DNA of 64,000 nucleotides from Candidatus Latescibacterota bacterium (GTDB taxonomy: Bacteria; Latescibacterota; UBA2968; GCA-2709665), in NCBI GenBank assembly GCA_965222075.1, contig OZ244937.1:5184001-5248000 (forward strand), in the 5' to 3' direction. The position numbers and the translations under genes are program-made. Positions 59,573-64,000 of the stretch are shown in pieces (position 1 is the first letter of the stretch; the number at the start of each line of letters is the position of its first letter). Below the pieces are notes generated by a model. The model saw only the letters and a list, made by a program, of their open reading frames with translations, did no database searches and was not told where the DNA came from.

Positions 59573-60691
59573 ATGACTAATTCCCAACCATCAACATTAC
59601 CCTCCCTGACGGAGGAAATCGCGATGAAAACAATTCGTGATTTTTTTCGCGACAAGCCGTTTGTGTTATTTGGAACGGGGATGTCCTGCGCGCTTGATCC
59701 GCGGTTCGGGATGCCTGCACTTCGAGACGAACTCTATTGCAATGTCGTCCCGGATTCGCAGGCATCTGCGCAGGGCCGTCAATGGAAAAAGGTTATTGAG
59801 TCACTGCAAACTGGAAGTGGATTGGAAACTGCACTCGACAACGTCACTGATTCATCATTACTTCAGAAGATCACATGTGCCACTGGTCGATTCGTCTCAT
59901 CGATTGATCGTGAGTGTGCATTGCGGATTGCAAAAGGAGAAGTGACATGGCCCGCCACAGGGTTCTTTAAGCGTATAGTCGACACGCTCCCTGAAGGAGA
60001 CCCCATACTTCACGTTTTGACGCCAAACTATGACACCCTGTTCGAGCATGCCTGCGATGCGGTTGGCATCCATTACACAAGTGGATTCTTTGGCGGACTG
60101 GAGCGCCGGACTGATTGGGGTGCTGTCAGTCAATCTTTGCTCTTAGGTCAACAAGTCCCCCAAAGGGGACGACTCAAGATGATTTACAAACCCCGTAAGC
60201 ATGTTCGCCTTTACAAAGTTCACGGTTCATTGAATTTTTTCTTCTACCGAAACATCGTTGTTGAGAACAACGCGTGGATGTGGGATGCGCCAAGCTTTTC
60301 CAACCGAGTCATGATCACACCTGGGCTCTCCAAATACCAGACACTGCAAAACTATAGACAAGAATTGCTGAAGTACGCCGATGCGGAGATTGACAAAGCA
60401 AACCACTTCCTTTTCCTCGGCTACGGCTTCAATGACACCCACTTGGAGGCGTACATCAAGCAGAAACTCATTACTCAAGCCTGTAAGGGGCTTATTGTGA
60501 CGAAGGATTCCAACTTACGTATTGAATCCCTACTTGCCGAGGCCGCAAACCTTTGGTTGGTATGCAAGGCGCAGGAAGATGACGCAGACGGAACACGCAT
60601 ATTCAACAAGCAGTATGCAGGATGGCTCAGTTTACCCACAAAAAAGCTTTGGGACATCAGTACGTTCACAACGGAAATCCTGGGAGGATAA
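59573..60691 (+). CDS. SIR2-like (SIR2_2) NADase of a Sir2-HerA defence system
   Basis: FGTGMS, TPNYD, YKVHGS and GYGFND motifs; start at 59573 or 59624. Confidence 0.85.
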   Translation: MTNSQPSTLPSLTEEIAMKTIRDFFRDKPFVLFGTGMSCALDPRFGMPALRDELYCNVVPDSQASAQGRQWKKVIESLQTGSGLETALDNVTDSSLLQKITCATGRFVSSIDRECALRIAKGEVTWPATGFFKRIVDTLPEGDPILHVLTPNYDTLFEHACDAVGIHYTSGFFGGLERRTDWGAVSQSLLLGQQVPQRGRLKMIYKPRKHVRLYKVHGSLNFFFYRNIVVENNAWMWDAPSFSNRVMITPGLSKYQTLQNYRQELLKYADAEIDKANHFLFLGYGFNDTHLEAYIKQKLITQACKGLIVTKDSNLRIESLLAEAANLWLVCKAQEDDADGTRIFNKQYAGWLSLPTKKLWDISTFTTEILGG

Positions 60692-60693
60692 CG

Positions 60694-62436
60694 ATGGCAA
60701 TATTCACATTCGATTCATCCCATGTGCTCGGAAAGGTCCGGGCGGTGGACACACGTCGCGTTGATGTCCAAGTGAACAGTGACGAAGACTTGAGGAAAGC
60801 AAGGGTTGGGCAACTTGTGGCCATCGCTTTACCGGGGGCAATTGAAGAATGGCTGATCGGTGTCATTGACAGGGTGGTCAAGACTCCCATTCTCGAAGAC
60901 CCGCCAGAACCAGACTTGGAAAGCGATGAAGATATGGCCAGCGTCTCTCTGCAGCGCGAGGGAGTTCTCAACACGGTTCGAATCACCTTGGTAGGGACAG
61001 TAGGGCTGACGCTGGACAATAAGCCGCAATTCTCTCGTTCCTTGGTACAGGTGCCGGAAATCGATGGAATCTGTCACATCCTTCGGGATGCTCAACTCCA
61101 GGCTTTTATGGCATTGCTTTCAGCCGAGGGGAAAACTGAACATTCCCTGGAGATCGGTCGTTACACAATCGACAAAAAGGCGGCGGCGTATCTTGATGGG
61201 AACAAATTCTTCCAGCGTCACGCTTCGCTTCTTGGTAGCACCGGCTCTGGCAAGTCGTGGTCAGTGGCGGCCATCTTGGAGCAAGCGGCCAAACTCCCGT
61301 CATCCAATTTGATCGTGTTCGATCTTCACGGCGAATACAGCGAGCTCTCATACGCTCGCCACCTTCGTATTCCAGGACCAGAGGAACTCGGACAGTACGA
61401 CGACTCCCTCTTGTTCCTTCCCTATTGGCTGTTGAATGCAGAAGAACTGCAAGCAATGTTTATCGACAGGAGCGAGTTCAGCGCGCACAACCAGGTCATG
61501 GTGTTCCAGGATAAAGTGGTCGCCGAGAAGAAAAAACGGCTTCAAGAATTGAAAAAAACGGATGTCTTAAACGCCTTCACTTTGGACAGCCCGGTTCCAT
61601 TCTCAATAGAAAACGTTGTCGCTGAACTTAAGCGTATGAATGAAGAGATGGTTCCAGGTGCGAAGAGTGGAAATGAAAAACGAGGCCCCTTCTATGACCA
61701 ATTCAGCCGATTGCTCCTCCGTCTGAACAGCAAAATCACTGATAAGCGGTATGGCTTTCTATTTCAGGCACCTTACTCAGCACACGAATACGATGCAATG
61801 GCTGAAATGATGAAACGACTAATGGATTATTCCGAGTCGAAAGCACAGATCAAGGTTATCGATTTTTCAGAGGTGCCAGCCGATATCCTGCCGGTCATTG
61901 TTGGGCTTGTCGCACGCATCATATACCAAGTGCAGTTTTGGACGGATCGACAGAGACGGACGCCAATGGCTCTCGTGTGCGACGAGGCTCATATGTATCT
62001 GCCCAAAAAGGATGGGAAGAACCCGGTCGAGCAACGGGCTATTGAGAATTTCGAGAAGATTGCCAAGGAGGGACGTAAGTATGGCGTTGCGCTATTGGTC
62101 GTCAGCCAACGGCCCTCTGACGTAAGCTCCACAATTCTCAGCCAGTGCAACAACATCATATCTCTCCGGCTTACCAATGGCGACGATCAGGCAACGGTCA
62201 AAAGGCTCATGCCCGAAAGCCTCGAGGGTCTAATGGACACTCTGCCAATCTTGGACATCGGGGAAGCCCTTGTGGTCGGCGACGCAGTTCTGCTCCCGAG
62301 CAGGATTCGCATTCACCCGCCCGAGGAAAAACCGCTGAGCGCCACTATCGACTTTTGGGACGAATGGACGAAGAAGCCCGACAAACCGGATTTCGCAAAG
62401 ACGGTTGAGAATATGCGCAAACAAAACAGAGCATAA
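60694..62436 (+). CDS. herA: HerA/DUF87 ATPase of a Sir2-HerA system
   Basis: GSTGSGKS, FDLHGEY, CDEAH, KEGRKYG and SQRPS motifs; RBS GGAGG, 2 bp after the Sir2 stop. Confidence 0.9.
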   Translation: MAIFTFDSSHVLGKVRAVDTRRVDVQVNSDEDLRKARVGQLVAIALPGAIEEWLIGVIDRVVKTPILEDPPEPDLESDEDMASVSLQREGVLNTVRITLVGTVGLTLDNKPQFSRSLVQVPEIDGICHILRDAQLQAFMALLSAEGKTEHSLEIGRYTIDKKAAAYLDGNKFFQRHASLLGSTGSGKSWSVAAILEQAAKLPSSNLIVFDLHGEYSELSYARHLRIPGPEELGQYDDSLLFLPYWLLNAEELQAMFIDRSEFSAHNQVMVFQDKVVAEKKKRLQELKKTDVLNAFTLDSPVPFSIENVVAELKRMNEEMVPGAKSGNEKRGPFYDQFSRLLLRLNSKITDKRYGFLFQAPYSAHEYDAMAEMMKRLMDYSESKAQIKVIDFSEVPADILPVIVGLVARIIYQVQFWTDRQRRTPMALVCDEAHMYLPKKDGKNPVEQRAIENFEKIAKEGRKYGVALLVVSQRPSDVSSTILSQCNNIISLRLTNGDDQATVKRLMPESLEGLMDTLPILDIGEALVVGDAVLLPSRIRIHPPEEKPLSATIDFWDEWTKKPDKPDFAKTVENMRKQNRA

Positions 62437-62477
62437 ACGCTCCAAGGAAACAATAAAGTGATTTGGAACGCGGCAGC

Positions 62478-64000
62478 ATGATCCCCAGAACCTGCAAACG
62501 CCTCGCCGAGGTGGACTTCCCGATTGCCGAGGTTTCCAGGCATGCGGCCCGGGAGAAGTCGATTCGGCACGGGCATCCCTCGACGCTGCACCTGTGGTGG
62601 GCGCGGCGGCCGCTGGCCTCGTCGCGGGCGGTGCTGATGGCGTTGCTGCTGCCGGACCCGTGTGACCCGCACTGCCCGGAGGCGTTCAAGCAGAAGGCCC
62701 GCCAGATTCTCCTCAAGATGGACGGGCGGCCGCAAGGGTGGACAACGGCTATCGAACCGGATGAGGGATTGCGGCGGATCATGCTGAAGTTCATCGCCGA
62801 CTTCGCCAATTGGGATCTTGCCGCGAATCGCGCCTATCTCGACGTGAGCCGTGCACTTGTGAAGGCTGCGCATGGCGAGGAGTCGCCGCTCGTGGTGGAC
62901 CCGTTTGCGGGCGGGGGTTCGATTCCGCTGGAGGCGCTGCGGCTCGGTTGCGAGGCGTTCGCCAGCGATCTGAATCCGGTGGCGTGCCTGATTCTGAAGG
63001 TGATGCTGGAGGACATCCCGCGCCACGGACCGGGGCTGGCTGAGGAACTGCGCCAGGTCGGCGGCGAGATCAAGCGGCAGGCCGAGCAGGAACTGGCAGA
63101 TCTCTATCCGGTGGACTTGGACGGGGCGACGCCGATTGCCTATCTCTGGGCGCGGACGGTGCGTTGCGAAGCGCCCAACTGCGGCGCGGAGATTCCGTTG
63201 ATGCGTTCGTTCTATCTGTGCAAGAAGCCCAAACGCAAGTGGGCGTTGCGGCACCGGATCGAGCGATCCGAGGGGGAGCCACCGAGCGTCGAGTTTGAGG
63301 TGTTCGAGCCGAAGGCTGATGGCGAGGTGCGTGGCGGCACGGTCACGCGCGCCAAGGCGACCTGCCTGTGCTGTGGCGCAGTACTGCCGCCCGAGCGGGT
63401 GCGGGCGCAGCTTGCGGCCCAACGGGGCGGCGCGGATGTGATTTTCGACGCAGAGGGCAACCGGACGGGCGGGGCGCGGATGACGGCGGTGGTGACGCTA
63501 CAGCCTGGCGTGAAGGGCCGCCACTATCGGCTACCCACTGACGAGGACTACGAGGCGGTGCGCCGGTCACAAGCGCGGCTGGCAAACATCCTTTGCGAGT
63601 GGAAGCGGGGCGGGAAACAGGGCCTTTGCCCGGTGCCGGATGAGCCGTTGCCCATTGAACGGCAGAGGGGTAGTTCAGGCTTCCGGGTATTGCTCTATGG
63701 AATGAATACGTGGGGTGATCTCTTAACGGCTCGGCAGAAGGTGGCGTTGGTGGAGTTGGGGCGGTTGACAGCTTCCGGGGAGACGCATCGACAGACTCTT
63801 TCATTGGCTCTAACTCGGGTGGCCAACGCCGGATGTTCGCTCTGTAGATGGCATACGACCAGAGAGAACCACGAGGGTGTCTTTTCCCGTCAAGCGCTTC
63901 CAATGGTCTGGGACTATAGTGAGGGCAATCCGTTTTCTGATTCAACGGGCGGATATGCTGGCGCCTTAGACTGGATTGCTAAGGTAGCTGAGGTTTGGCC
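62478..64000 (+). CDS. DUF1156-domain adenine DNA methyltransferase (runs off the window)
   Basis: LHLWWARRPLA, DPFAGGGSIPLEA.RLG, SDLNPVA, YLWARTV.C...C and ALPMVWD..E.NPF motifs. Confidence 0.9.
   Translation, partial: MIPRTCKRLAEVDFPIAEVSRHAAREKSIRHGHPSTLHLWWARRPLASSRAVLMALLLPDPCDPHCPEAFKQKARQILLKMDGRPQGWTTAIEPDEGLRRIMLKFIADFANWDLAANRAYLDVSRALVKAAHGEESPLVVDPFAGGGSIPLEALRLGCEAFASDLNPVACLILKVMLEDIPRHGPGLAEELRQVGGEIKRQAEQELADLYPVDLDGATPIAYLWARTVRCEAPNCGAEIPLMRSFYLCKKPKRKWALRHRIERSEGEPPSVEFEVFEPKADGEVRGGTVTRAKATCLCCGAVLPPERVRAQLAAQRGGADVIFDAEGNRTGGARMTAVVTLQPGVKGRHYRLPTDEDYEAVRRSQARLANILCEWKRGGKQGLCPVPDEPLPIERQRGSSGFRVLLYGMNTWGDLLTARQKVALVELGRLTASGETHRQTLSLALTRVANAGCSLCRWHTTRENHEGVFSRQALPMVWDYSEGNPFSDSTGGYAGALDWIAKVAEVW

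Noticed and set aside
36733-64000. Labelling the helicase/methylase locus as BREX or DISARM
   Set aside because: No PglZ, BrxC or DrmA/B genes are visible; the expected DUF499 ATPase would lie beyond the window and cannot be confirmed

Overview
GC-rich bacterial window. The gene repertoire (DUF6785-type membrane proteins, DegT aminotransferases, CRTAC1/TPR, Gfo/Idh/MocA) resembles Latescibacterota/Poribacteria-like lineages, which is inference only. Positions 1-36.5 kb hold sugar/amine-modifying and envelope genes. They are interrupted by a mosaic insert (about 5.4-18.1 kb: Tat dioxygenase, TonB receptor, MpaB-oxygenase/MMPL/LolA-like cluster, Fic) and contain many short gene remnants. Positions 36.7-64 kb are a defence island bounded by an SNF2 helicase-DUF3883 gene and a DUF1156 methyltransferase gene. 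Between them lie about 22 kb of cargo: ABC-ATPase+PIN pair, PHP-ATPase, AlbA_2 protein, Sir2-HerA and toxin-antitoxin remnants. The cargo is punctuated by diverged copies of the helicase 3' end, the methylase 5' end and DUF1016 segments, which suggests a defence-cassette array built by homologous recombination. Also present: two ISKra4-ended elements stacked at one 9-bp target, with an IS701-like element nested inside one, and a family of 27-33 bp CCTGCCTG..CAGGCAGG palindromes, one inserted in frame in a transposase. No rRNA, tRNA or CRISPR array was seen. All family assignments come from motif recognition by eye, not database searches.
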